Positions 26,672 through 40,067 of a stretch of DNA of 64,000 nucleotides are shown here, in pieces; within the stretch, counting starts at the first letter, position 1, and the number at the start of each line of letters is the position of its first letter. A program made the position numbers and the translations under genes. Origin of the DNA: the human T2T-CHM13v2.0 reference genome, Homo sapiens; assembly GCF_009914755.1 (NCBI RefSeq), contig NC_060947.1; one strand, written 5' to 3'. The notes below the pieces were generated by a model, which worked only from the letters and a program-made list of their open reading frames with translations, had not been told where the DNA came from and made no database searches.

Positions 26672-28705
26672 TTCCAAATTTTTAATTGTTGTAGGAACAT
26701 CGTTGGTGTATATATTTATGAGGTACATGAGATGTCTTGATACTGGCATGTAATACATAATAATCATATTATGGAAGACAGAGTGTCCATCCTTTCAAGT
26801 ATTTATCTTTTGTGTTACAAACAATCCAATTATACTCTTTTAGTTATTTTTAAATGTACAGTTGCATTATTATTGACTATAGTCACTCTATTGTACTATC
26901 AATTACTAGGCCTTAGTCATTCATTCTAAGTATTTTTGTACCCATCAAACATTCCCAGCTCTCTCTGAACCCCCACTACACTTCCCAACTTCTGGTAACC
27001 ATTCCTCTGCTCTCTATATACATGGGTTCAATTGTTTTTATTTTTAGATTCCAAAAATAAGTGAGAACTTACGTGGTTTGCTTTGTGTCCGTCGCTTATT
27101 TCACTCAACTTAATGACCTCCAGTTCCATCCATTTTGTTGCAAATAACTGAATCTCATTCTTTTTATGATTGAAGAGTACTCCATTGTGTATATGTACCA
27201 CATTTTTTATCCTTACATCTGTTAAGGGACATTTAGGTTGCTTCCAAATCTTGGCTATTGTGAATAGAGCTGTAAAAAACATGGGAGTACAGATATCTCT
27301 TCAATATATTGATTTCCTTTCTTTCAGGTATATACTCAGTTTTGAAATTTCTGGATCTTATGGTAGCTCTATAGAGCTACCAAATTGTTCTCCATAGTGG
27401 TTGTACTAATTTACATTCCCACCAACAGTGTATGAGAGTTCCCTTTTCTTCACATCTTTGTCAACATTTGTTGTTGCCTGTTAATTGGATATAAGCCATT
27501 TTTACTGGGGTGAGATGATATGTCTTGTAGTTTTGATTTGCATTTCTCTGATGATCAATAATGCTGACCACTGTTTTATTTGCCTGTTTGGCATTTTTAT
27601 GTGTTCTTCTGAGAAATGTCTATTCCTAGTCTTTGCCCATTTTTGATTGGATTATATGATTTTTTGCTATATAGTTGTTTGAGCTCCTTATGTATTCTGG
27701 TTATTAATCCATTGCCAGATGGTTAGTTTGCAAATATTTTCTCCCATTCTGTGAGTTGTCTTTTCACTTCGTTGATTGTTTCCCTTGCTGTGCAGAAGCT
27801 TCTTAACTTGACATGATCCTGTTTGTCCATGTTTGCTTTGGCTGTCTGTGCTTGTAGTGTGTTACTCAGGAAGTCTTTGTGCAGAACAATGTTATGGAGA
27901 GGTTTTCAGGTTTTTTTGTAGTAATTTCATAGTTTGAGACATTATGTATTTAATATATTTTTATTTGATTTTCATATATGGTGAGAAGTAGGGGTCTAGT
28001 TTTATTTTTCTGCACATGAATATAGATTTCCTAGCACCAGTTATTGTGAAAAGACTGTCTGTTCCCCAGTATACACTCTTAGCACCTTTGTCTAAAATGA
28101 GTTCACTGTAGGGATGTGGATTTTTTTTTTGAGTTCTCTATTCTATTCTATTGGTCTATGCGCCTGTTTTTATGGCAGTACCAGTGTGTTCACTGTGTTT
28201 CAGGGTTCTCTATGCTGCTACATTTGTCTATGTGTCTGTTTTTATGCCAGTATCATGCTGCTTTGTTTACTATAGCTCCGTGGCATAATTTGAAGTCAGG
28301 TAATGTGATTCTTCAAGTTTTGTTCTTTTTGCTTAGGGTAGCTTTAGCTATTTTGAGTCTTTTGTGGCCCCTTGTAAATTTTGGGATTATTTTTTCCATT
28401 CTGTGAATAATTTTATTGGTATTTCAATAGGAATTGAACTGAAATTGTAGATTGCTTTAGGTGATATGGACATTTTGACAATATTGATTGTTTCAAATGC
28501 ATGAACATATTTTTTTTTTACTTTTTTGTGTCCTCTTTAATTTCTTTCATCAGTGTTTTATAGCTTTACTTCTAGAGATCTTTCACTTCTTTAAGTTAAT
28601 TTCTATGTATTTAATTTTATGTATGGCTGTTATAAATAAGATTAATTTTTTTATTGTTTTTCAGATTGTACACTGTTGTCATATAGAAATGCTATAGATA
28701 TTTGT
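26672..28705 (-). mobile_element. L1MA2-like 3' portion
   Basis: Reverse-complement similarity to 16500-18386; ORF 27028-27282 '[15 protein letters not shown]'. Confidence 0.92.
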
Positions 28706-28721
28706 ATAGTTACAGATATTG

Positions 28722-28889
28722 TTTCTTAGATATAATGCTATCATATACACAATAATGTACAGTATAGTGTTAACATAGCTTTTATATTCACTGAGAAACC
28801 AAAAACTTTGTTTGACTCACTTTATTGTGATATTTACTTTAATGCGGTGGTCTGGAACTGAATCCACAATATCTCTGGAGATTTGTCTG
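28722..28889 (+). mobile_element. Tigger1 3' terminal fragment
   Basis: Similar to the reverse complement of 46805-46970; ends 'caatatctctggagatttgtctg' followed by TA. Confidence 0.85.
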
Positions 28890-28959
28890 TACTGATAAGT
28901 CTTATAATGTCAATAAAACAGAGTATGGGAAGATTACGCAAGCATGGTTTGTAAAGAAC

Positions 28960-29285
28960 ATCATTATACATTTAGTTTTTCAGTAAGACTTCTCTGGATG
29001 AGTCGATCTTTGAGCTGAGATGAGAATTATAAGGAGAGAAATGTATTAAAAAAAAGATATTCAAAAATGGTGCTCCAAGCAGAAGAAATAGGAATAATGA
29101 AGTCCTCAAAACAAAAATAAGTTAATATGAGTAACAGAAAAAAACAAGACCAGCGTCCTAGAGTTCACTTAGATAGTTATTAAGTTTGAGATACCTACCA
29201 CACATCCACTGTGGAGACATATATTAGACAGTTGCATATACAAGAATGAAGGCTCTGAGTATGTCCAAAGATAAGGGCTAAACCA
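28960..29285 (-). mobile_element. L2 LINE relic
   Basis: 'tttgagctgaga', 'taagtttgagatacct...catccactgtggagac...gacagttgcatata'. Confidence 0.6.
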
Positions 29286-30270
29286 GAAGTTTTGACTTTA
29301 TTTAGAACAAAAAACACCTCTTCCATCATAAAAAGACAGTAGGGAGTATACATGAGTATAGATACTGGTAAGTTTATGAGATTTAAGGCAACAAAATAAA
29401 GTATTTCTCTGATTGCATAGTTTATTTATGATGTGTGTATGGAGGTTATTAGCTAAGGTAGAAGTAAAAATTGTAGGAGACATAAGTTATTAACTGGACA
29501 TCTTACACAGTGGAAAAGTGAATATAGTAGGAAAATATGATGGAATTGTCTGGCAAAATCCTATAGTCATTGATAACTTTTGATTCTATATTTAAAGTGA
29601 GTTTACTTAGAACAATCATAATTTTCTCTGTCAATATTCAGGTTCATATTAAATGAAGGAATATTATGCCAGAAATAATATGGATGAGTATAGACTGTTT
29701 TCCACAGAAAAGTATATGCACCAGATGGTGGAAGAAAATGAATTCTTAATCCACCTCAGTATACATGTTTTTCCAAGTGTTATAAAAATTTTCCAAACCT
29801 TACTGGCTAAATATTATGCCCAATAACTCACAAGATGATACATTTTCTAACTTCAACTCTTGGTGGATTAATGTTCAAAAGCCTCTTATTTGGACTCTAT
29901 TATCCACTAATCTTTTTAAGCCTTACACATGCATGAGAATAAATTTCAACTATGTATTTTATTGCCCTGGTGAGAATGGAAGAGAAAAGTAAGAAGGGCT
30001 AATTTAGCCTACTTTACTTAAAATATTGCCTTTTAGAAAAGATAAAGAGTAATTGAAAACTGAAAGCTTTGAAAAGCTTCACTAAATTCAGAAGATGTTT
30101 TCAATGGAAAAAGGTTGTAATGTCAATATTGTACTAAATAGATTACCCATCTGTGGTGAGAAGCAAAAGAGTATATTATTTGTGACTCAGAGATACGTTA
30201 ATTGATATTAGACCCTTACAATAGTAAGTATTTCTGGGTTTGTGCCACTACTGGAATTAGTTTGAGAATC

Positions 30271-30545
30271 TGTAAGGTAGATATGGCTACTTCAACAACC
30301 CCCACATCTCAGTGGGTTGGCACAATGAAGGCTTTTACTCACTTATGAAAGTTAGCATAGATCCAGGAACCTGTACCAAACACCTGCCCTCTGTCTAGGG
30401 ATTCAGTAATTTTGGATGTGGAAGGCTTTAAAACACTCTGTAGTTGCACTATGTGATATATACAGCTTTCTTGGTTAGAGAGGCATTAAAAAAGATAACA
30501 TGAGGAAAAGTATTCGATCTTGAGTTATCCCACACAAAAGTGAGG
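30271..30545 (-). mobile_element. Old MLT1(K/L)-like LTR fragment
   Basis: 'caacaacccccacatctcagtgggttggcacaatgaaggcttttactcactt'. Confidence 0.55.
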
Positions 30546-30551
30546 TATACA

Positions 30552-31680
30552 AAGGCTTCAAGATGGGTAACTAGAGTCATCTTATACTTGCCTCCTCCCA
30601 AATAAAGAACCAAAATAGTAAGAAGATCATCCCAGGGAGAACACTGGAATTCAATAGAGAAGTGACAGGAAACACCTAAACCAAAGAAGAAGCAGAAAGT
30701 GAGGTAGCTTGCTTAGCCAGGCTTTACTTGGAGCTGGGAGTACCTCCCAAATGAAGAGAAGATGTGAGAGACCCCACGAAGCCCACCGTTCCCACCATGG
30801 ACTGCTGTGATCCTAGCCATAAGAGAGGCTCTCAACACTCATGGACCTTGAAACTAACATAAGAAGATGCTGGGACATTGTAAAAGGGGAGTGTTCCAGG
30901 GGAAAGTGCACACTGAATCCCACACACTCCCAGACCTAAGCATCTTGAACAACATGCCATTTTAGAGCATAGCCCCCAGTAATTTGAAAATCATCATGGG
31001 GCCCAGTGGTTCAGGGTCTGAGGCATGAAAAAAGCATAAACTACCATTGCCAAGGCTGAAGGGTGAGGAGCAAGTTACACACAGCAGGGCTGAGGCCTGG
31101 GAGCCACCAGAGCTGAGGAGCAAGCAGGGCCCATGTTTTCCTAGGTTTTCATTACTGAAAGTGTCCTCACCATCCCCAGTTGAAGGGCCACGGTGAGGCT
31201 GCTGTAGTCCTTCACTAAAGCATTTCACTGGGGGCTGGGAATCACTGTTTCTGACTACTACAACTGATGCTTGCACACACCATCATGAGACCTGAGGACT
31301 AACTGCCTGGACTGTCTTTGTACCCCTTCCCTTGCCAAAGCACACAGTCTAGGGACCTTGGTATTGACCAGCCCAGAATACAACCATTGACACCTGAGCA
31401 CTCCTCCTAGGAGGCTGAGGTTAGGCCTACTCACACTGCTGTTATCACCACAGCTGGCGCCTACACGAATGTGCCACTTTCAGGCTCAGAGACTGGCCCA
31501 TCCAGTCTCACATTATTAACACCAGCACACATCATGTGAGACTCAGAGTTTTCATGTCATTGCTACTGTCATTACACATGTTATGCTGTCATCCCTGGGG
31601 CCCAAGAACCCAACAACCTGCTTGGCTCAACACTACCACTACCAGCAGATCACCTGGAAGGCCAAGAATTGACAAACGTA
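30552..31680 (+). mobile_element. L1 5' UTR fragment (L1M2-type), 3'-truncated
   Basis: 'ggcttcaagatgggtaactagag...gagaacactggaattcaatagagaagtgacagg' followed by GC-richer degenerate repeats. Confidence 0.7.
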
Positions 31681-31689
31681 GAATTGCTT

Positions 31690-31815
31690 CTGAATTGCTG
31701 ACTGGTTCTTTTTTAATTTCATTTGGTGAGTTCATGTTTTCCTGGATGTTCTTGATGCTTGTGAATGCTCATAAGTTTCTGGGCATTAAAGAATTATGTA
31801 TTTAATGTATCCTGG
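31690..31815 (-). mobile_element. Short antisense L1MA fragment (5' UTR/ORF1 boundary)
   Basis: Similar to the reverse complement of 13010-13125 and 54955-55060. Confidence 0.8.
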
Positions 31816-32199
31816 CTTTATCTTTTATTTTCTAGGTTGTGCAATTTAAACAATAGTTGTACAGCAAAAATAGAAGATTTGGATAAAGTGTACATGTGTA
31901 TTTATATATTTATCTATATCTACACACACATACCTTTATATATTAACATACCCATTTATTTGAAGATATGTAAAAGCTAAGAAGACAAAAATGTTTTTTG
32001 TCATCAGGATCTAGGAAAAAGAAACCTGAGATGTCACCCTGGAATTTGGTCCACTAGGATAATCTGCTAACTGCACAACACATCTTTATAGCTGTAACTA
32101 TAGAGAGAGATTATAAAGGACTCAGGGCAATGGGCAACAAATGGAAGTTAAGGGATAGTTGAAGAATAAATACATTTAAAAAGCACAACCCTTCCCATG

Positions 32200-35100
32200 T
32201 CTTGAAATCTTATTAAAATCATTCTGTTTAATTGTGTATAATTATATCATAATTTAGAACACCAAATTATATCTACAACTTCTTTGTTCAACATCCACTT
32301 CACAATAAAAAGCATTAAAACATGTCAGGAAAGAAGATGGTATGATCAAATCTAAGAGATTGCTGAAGAAAATTAAAACAGATTCAAATACTATTGTAAA
32401 TGTATTGCAACTACAGGATATAATTAACAAGATAAGGAGAAAACTGGGAGATTTACAGAGAAAAATTTAACCTTTTTAAAAGGACAAATTGGGAATAACA
32501 GAAATAAACATAAAATATTTGGAATAAAACATTTATTATATAGACTTAACAGCATACAGAACACCATAGAAGAAGCAGTTCTTTAACTTAATAACTGGAT
32601 AGTATAGACAACATTGAAACTAAATCACAGGGGAATAAAGAAGAGAAATGAAATGTACAGGTGATACCAGTATGAGTAATATCAAATAATTTAATACTGT
32701 ATATGCATAAATAGATTATCAGCAGGAAAGGGGAGCAGCAATAAAAAAGTTTGAAGACAAATGTTTGAAGACATGATAGCTATGTTTTTTCTACAATTGG
32801 AGGGACACAACATGCAAATGTATAAAGCTCAGCAATTCAAAGAATAATAAATATGGTGAAGACAATACCTAGGTATAGCATTGTCAAACTGCAGAAACTA
32901 AAGATGAAAGAAAATCTTAATGAAATACAAACAACACTGGATGCAGGGAATTAATAATAAAAAACATTGTTAAGTTCTTGTGAGAGAGAATAACAACCAG
33001 AAGAAAGTATAATATAAATTTTATAAATGTTCAAGTAGGTCAGAGTGGAGGGAGTATCAGCTAAGAATTCAATATCCAGGAAAAGTACTCTTGAAAATTA
33101 AAAAAATAAAGACATACAAATAAAACCCGAGAGAACTAATTCCTAAATTGTCGCAACTAAAAGATAATTATGAAAGGCAGTCTTCAGTTTGTAAGAAAAT
33201 GATCCACATATTAACTTGTATCTAGAACAATTAATAAAGAGAACTGGAAATGTTATTTTTGTGAGTAAATATAAAATAATATCTAAATGACATTTAAAGT
33301 GTTGTGAATATGAAACAAAGAATATTGTGGAGATTACAACTTGCATATTTGGATATAAATATAACTATGGTACATTTTTAGTAAGAGCAAGAAATACTAT
33401 AGTTATCTAAGTTTCTTACATTGAATGCTATATTAGTCTGTTCCATGCTACTGATAAAGACATACCTGAGACTGAGTAATTTATAAAGAAAAGACATTTA
33501 ATTGACTCACAGTTCCACATGGCTGAGGCAGCCTCACAATCATGGCAGAAGGTGAAGAAAGAGGAAAGTCACATCTTACATGGCAGCAGGCAAGAGAGCA
33601 TATGCAGGGGAACTCCCCTTTATAAATCCATCAGATCTTGTGAGACTTATTCACTATCACAAGAACAGCATGGGAAAGACCCACCCCCATGATCCAATAG
33701 CCTACCACCAGGTTCCTTCCATGATATGTGGGGATTGTGGGAGCTATGATTCAAGGTGAGATTTGGGTGGGGACATAGCCCAACCCTATTATTCTGCTCC
33801 AACCCCTCCCAAATCTCATGTCTTCACATTTCAAACCCAATCATGCCTTCCCAACAGTTCCCCGGAGTCTTAACTCATTTCAGCATAAACTCAAAAGTCC
33901 ATAGTCCAAAGTCTCATCTGAAACAAGACAAGTCCCTTCTACTTATAAGCCTGTAAAATCAGAAGCAAGTTAGTTACTTCCTAGATAAAATGGAGGTACA
34001 GGCATTGGGTAAATACAGGCATTCCAAATGGTAGAAATTGGCTAAAACAATGGGGCCATAGTCCCCATTCAAGTCCAAAATCCAGTGGGGCAGTCAAATA
34101 TTAAAGCTAGCTCAAAAGGAACTAATTTGACTTCATGTGTCACATTCAAGTCATGCTGATGCAAGATATGGGTTCCCATGATTTGGGGCAGCTGTGCCCC
34201 TGTGGCTTTTCAGGTACAGCCCCCTTCCTTGCTGCTTTCACCAGCCAGTGTTGAATGTTTGCAGCTTTTCCAGGTGCATGGTGCAAGCTTTCGGTGGATC
34301 CACTATTCTGTGGTCTGGAGTATAGTGGCCCTCTTCTCACAGGTCCACTAAGTGGGGCCCCCGTGGAGCCTCTGCATAGGGGCTCCAACCCCACACTGCC
34401 CTAGCAGAGGTTCTCTATGAGGGTCTTGCACCTGCAGCAAACTTCTGCCTGGACATACAGGCATTTACATACATCCTTTGAAATCTAGGTGGAGGTTCCT
34501 AAACCTCAATTCTTGACTTCTGTCCACCCACAGGCTCAACACCACGTGAAAACTGCCAAGGCTTGGGGCTTGTACCCTCTGAAGCCATGGCCCGAGCTGT
34601 ACCTTGGCTTTTTAGCCATGGCTGGAGCAACTGAGATGCAGGGTACCCAGTCCTGAGACTGCATAGAGCAGGGACCCTGGGCCTGGCCCATGAAACCATT
34701 TTTCCTCCTAGGCCTCCAGTCCTGTGATGGGAGGAACTGGCACACAGGTCTCTGACATGCCCTGGAGACATTTTTATCATTGTCTTGGAGATTAACACTT
34801 GGCTCCTCGTTATTTATGCAAATTTCTGCAGCCAGCTTGAATTTCTCCTTGAAAAATGAGTTTTCCTTTTCTATCACATTGTCAGGCTGCAAATTTTCCA
34901 AACTTTTATGCTCTGCTTCCCTTTTAAATATAAGTTCCAATTCCAAACTGTATCTTCCTAAATATATAAGACTGAATGCTTTTAAAAGCACTCTAGTCAC
35001 CTCTTGAATGATCTGCTCCTTAAAAATTTCTTCTGCCAAATGCCTGAAATCATCTCTCTCATGTTCACAGTTCCACAAATCTCTAGGGCAGGGGCAAAAT

Positions 35101-35870
35101 GCCACCAGTCTCTGCTAACAACAGTCACCTTTGCTCCAGTTCCCAACAAGTTCCTCATTTCTATCTGAGACCACCTCACCCTGGACTTCATTGTTCATAT
35201 CACTATCAGCATTTTGGTCAAAGCCATTCAACACTTGTCTAGGAAGTTCCAAACTTTCCCACATTTTCTATCTTCTTCTGAGCCTGCCTAACTGTTCCAA
35301 CCTCTGTCTGTTACCCAGTTCCAAAGTCATTTTCACATTTTCTGGTATCTTTACAGCAGCCCCCTACTACCTTTTACCAATTTACTGTGTTAGTCTGTTC
35401 TCACATTGCTAATAAAGACATACCCGAGACTGGGTAATTTGTAAAGGAAAGAGGTTTAATTGACTCACAGTTCTACATGGCTTGGGAGGCCTCACAATCA
35501 TAGCAGAAGGTGAAGGAAGAGCAAACTCACGTCTTACATGGCAGCAGGCAAGAGAGCATGTGCAGGGGAACTCCCCTGTATACAATTATCATATCTCATG
35601 AGACTTATTCACTATAAGAACAGCACGGGAAATACTCACCCATCTGATTCAATTACCTCCCACCGGTTCCCTACAATTCAAGATGAGATTTGGGTGTGGA
35701 TACAGCCAACCCATATCAAATGTAAAATTGAATAATATTAATTAATGACATATTTTAAGTTAGGGCTAAGGGTGTATATTTTAAACCATAGGGCCACCAG
35801 TAAAAATAAAGAGTTGAAAATAAAAAAAGCAATTGAGTAAATAAAATGGAATATCAAATCTTAATTATTG
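32200..35870 (+). mobile_element. Very old L1 ORF1/inter-ORF region, interrupted by THE1C
   Basis: A-rich; 'cctaggtatagcattgtcaaactgcagaaactaaagatgaaagaaaatctt' and 'aagaattcaatatccagg' resemble ORF1 remnants. Confidence 0.6.
33429..35718 (-). mobile_element. THE1C-like MaLR provirus (LTR 33429-33791, internal 33792-35385, LTR 35386-35718)
   Basis: Two similar LTRs, ~1.6 kb internal region, 5-bp TSD aatgc/aatgt. Confidence 0.95.
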
Positions 35871-36556
35871 AGAATAACAGGAACCAGATCTTTCAGTCTT
35901 GCCTTAAACAGCTAAAACACAGGGTAAACTATAAAACACAATCATTTTCAGATCTTGAAGAATAGGCAACTCAAGATAGTGATTCCTGGATGAAGGAAAA
36001 GAAACAAGGTAAATGCTACAATTAGCATAGCTTATTGCTTGAAGAGAGTTTCAAAGCCAAATTGCAAATAGGGAAAACACAGAAGGGTTCAGCACTCTCA
36101 CTGAAGTGAAAAGACATTTGTGAGTCTGGGGAGGTCAAAGTAGCTAAAATTTTGGTTTGGAGTACTGAAGAGTAGAAAGCTATCCACAGAAGAAGCTTAG
36201 GAGATCTGCAGAAGGTTCATTTCAGGTCTTCAGCTAAGTACTAATCATGTGAGTAAATTACCTTAGGTCAGAGAAAGAACCACTGAAAACGCTCAGGCAA
36301 AAAATTGGCAGAGCTTTCTGTGTGACAGATTGATTGTGTTCCATTAAAGTGGAATAGTTTCCTGGGTTTAGTCCTCAGAAGGGTATCACATCACTAGTGT
36401 GGTCAAAGGAAACCTAAAGTAAGTGCTTTCCTGAGACTTCCCTAAAAAATCATAAAAAGAAGCCACAAAAGCATAAAAATGATTACAAAAAACCTTAATT
36501 GCATCCTGGCCTGGGAAGGGCAATTGTATTAACAAGGGTGCAATAAAATTCAGTAC

Positions 36557-36649
36557 TGTAAGCTTGGAAGCTGAGGTGGAAGAATTGCTTGAGCCCTAGA
36601 GATTGAGGCCAGCTTGAGCAACATAGCTAGATTTTATCTCTTAAAAAAA
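36557..36649 (+). mobile_element. FLAM-like Alu monomer fragment
   Basis: 'ttggaagctgaggtggaagaattgcttgagccctagagattgaggccagcttgagcaacatag...tctcttaaaaaaa'. Confidence 0.75.
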
Positions 36650-36759
36650 GTCAGCACTAAAATTTGTATAAAACATACAGTTGATTTCTAGGGATTAACA
36701 AAAAGGCAGCATCTGAAAAGGAATGCAGTTAGCTGGATGGGATTTACACAGATCAGGTC

Positions 36760-39700
36760 TTGTAGAACTAAATATTTGTGAACTTGAAGAAAGCTATCCA
36801 GAATGAAACAGAAAGAAAAAAAAGACGAGAAATAAATACATACAGCATCTGTGAGATATGAGCCAATTTCAAAGAGCATTACGTTTGTAATAGTAATTTC
36901 AGAAAAAAATCATTAGATAAAAATGTTTGTGAGAAGAAGAAAAACATTTCCAGATTTGATAAAAACTAAAACCTACAGAGCCAAGAACTCAACAAAATGC
37001 AAGCATAATGAACATAAAGAAAACCATATCAAAGCAAACAATAATCAAGTTGCTGAAGAATGGTAATAAAAATAAAATCTCAAAAGCAATCAGAGTAGAA
37101 AAGTTGCATTATGTATAGAATAGTAAATACAATAATGGCAGTTGACTTCCTGTAAGAGTAAGATGTAATCCAGTGGACAACACAGTGACGTGTCTAAAGT
37201 ACTGAAATAAAAAAAAAAAATTATCAACACAGAATTTTATACCTTGAAAATATATGTCAAAAATAGAGACTTAATTATTTTTCAGGCATATCAAGGTTGA
37301 GAGAATTTATGGGCAGGCCATCGATTGTACAAGAGTTTTCAGGCAGACTAAAAATAATACCAAATGGAAATTTGGATGAACACAAATAAACGAAGGGCTT
37401 TGGAAATTGGAAATATGTAAAGGAATATAAAAAGTTTGTTCTTAACTTTTGAATCTCTTGAGAAGGTATACACTGTTTAAAGCAAAAATATTGTGTTTTG
37501 GAGTTTATTGTATTGTATACTTCAAAGTACCACAAGGCAAAAATACTGCATAGGTAGGAGGAGAAATAGAAATATATATGGTAATGTTCTTACAGTACCC
37601 ATGAAGTGATGTAATAGCATTTTAAACTAGGCTGAAATAAGTCAAAAGTGTATTTTTAAACTCCAGAAAAATCATTTACAAAAAAAACTGTTATATGTAA
37701 AGTTAGTAATAGATAAAAATAACATAATAAATTAATCTTAAAGAATAGTGCCACAAATATATGGTCAATTTTAACTAGTGTTGATAATTAAAATATATAC
37801 AATTAAACTGTAGAGACTGTCAGATTGGCTATACAATTGGTATTCAATTTTTTGCTAATTATAATAAATATATTTTAAATAGGAAGACACAGACAGGTAA
37901 AACATAAAAATACCATGTATGATAGCACTATTAAAAGAAATTTGGAGTAAGTATATTCAAATCAGGTGACATAGATGTCAGAGTTGGCTATATAACAAGA
38001 GACAGAGAAAGTCATTTCATAATGATAAATGGGCTAATTAATTGAGAGTGCAAAAAAATGTTACGTCTATGCACCTAATAACGAAGTTTCAATATTCATA
38101 AAGCAAACATTAATAGAACTGAAAAAATGAACAAATCTAGAGGAATAGAGATTGCAACATCCCTCTCTAACCTAATTGATAGTAATATTAGACATAAAAT
38201 CAGTAAATATATAGTTGACTTAAAAACTGTTACCAAATAAGTTAGCCTATATATGATTTTGTATAAAGGTCTTATCCCAAAAAGGCAGAATACAATTTTT
38301 TTTTTAAGCACAAATGCAACATTATCCAACATAAGCTATGTTTGGAGTCATAAAACATGCCTCAATAAATTTGCAGGAATTGAAATTATGTGACATAAAG
38401 TCTCTGTCCACACGAAAATAAATTAGAAATTAACAACAGCGTGTTATGAAGAAATCCATGTGTTTAGAAATTGAACACACCTCTAAATAATCCATGGGTG
38501 GAAAAGGAAATCACAAGGGAAGCTAGGGATATTTTCAACTGAATAAAAATAAAATCCCAACATCTAAAAATTTGTAGGATGCTGCCCCAAAGTCCGTAGA
38601 GAAAAATTTACAATGTCAAACACATATATTTAAATAAAATGTCTCAAGTGAGTGATGTAGGCTTCCACCTTAAGAAAACTAGCAAAAGAAAAACAACTGA
38701 ATTCTAAAGTTAACAAATGGAAATAAATAATACCAATAATAGCAGAAATCAGTGACATGGAAAACATAATGCACTAGGCAAAATCGATGAAAACAACAGC
38801 ATATGATTTGAGAAGATCAAGAAAATCAGCCAACTATCCATAGTAGTCTTGGAAAAACAGTCTGAGGGACAAAAGGGGAAAGGTATATATTACCCATATG
38901 AAGAAAGAAAAAGTAAGTGTCAGCATATATATTAAAGGTATAAAAACGGAATATTATTTTATGTCAATAAATTTACCAACATAGATAAAATAAAAATTCC
39001 TCAAAAGATCAAAAATGCCAATGCCCACTAAGAAGAAATAGATAAAATAAATAGCCATACATATATTTAAAAATTTGAATTTACAGTTAAAAAAAACCTT
39101 CTCAGAAAGGAAAAATGGAGGCCTAGTTGACTTGACTTGTAAAATATGTGTGCTAAACATTTGAAAGATAAATAATACACATTTTATGTAAAGTCAACCA
39201 GAATATAGGAGAGGTGACAATTCCCAACTCATTCCATAGAACTATTACCATTATATCAAAGGGGAAAAAAGACATGAAAGAAAACTGCAACCAGTCATGA
39301 ACATGGATGCAATTTCTTAACAATACACTTGGAATTTGAATTAGCTATATATGAAGGAAAACACGTTATAACCAAGTTGGGTTTATTCCCAGAATGCAAG
39401 TTGGTTTTAGGTTTAAAGTTTCAACCAAAGCAAAACAGCATATAAACTAAAAAGTAAAATTATGATATTATTTCAAATGATGCAGAAAAGCATTGCAAAT
39501 AATAATATTTACTCACAATAAAAAACTCTCAGCAGTCTAGAAATATAATAAAATCTATTTAAACTGACAAAGGGCATCTGTGAAAAGCTACAACTAGGAT
39601 GAGATTTAATATCAAAACATTGAACAAATTCTACCTAAGATAAAAAGCAAGACAAAGACGTCTGCTGTCACCATTTCTATTCAGCATTGTTTTGGAGATT

Positions 39701-40065
39701 CTGGCCAGTGCAAAAGGCAAGAAGAAAAATGCATAAGATTATAAGGAGAAAGAATTATATTGCCTTTATTTTCAGATGACACAATTGTATACGCAAAAAT
39801 TCTGAAAACTAAAATTTACAAAACAAAAACTCTAGAACTAGAAACTGAGATATGCACGATCATAGGATAGAGGATCAATATACAAAATCGATTTACTTTT
39901 ATATGCTATTGGTGAATGATAAGAAATTGAAATTTAAAATTCAAAAATATTGTTTATATTACTATAAAAGTCTATGGAATACTTAGTAATATATTTAAAA
40001 TATTTGTATGGTTTGTAGACTGAAAAACACAAAGCATTGTTGAGATAAATTAAGTATTTGGAGAG
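36760..40065 (+). mobile_element. Old L1 (L1M4-type) ORF1 plus ORF2 remnant
   Basis: Collinear ORF1/EN/RT-like sequence; FSDD at 39769-39780. Confidence 0.85.
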
Positions 40066-40067
40066 AC

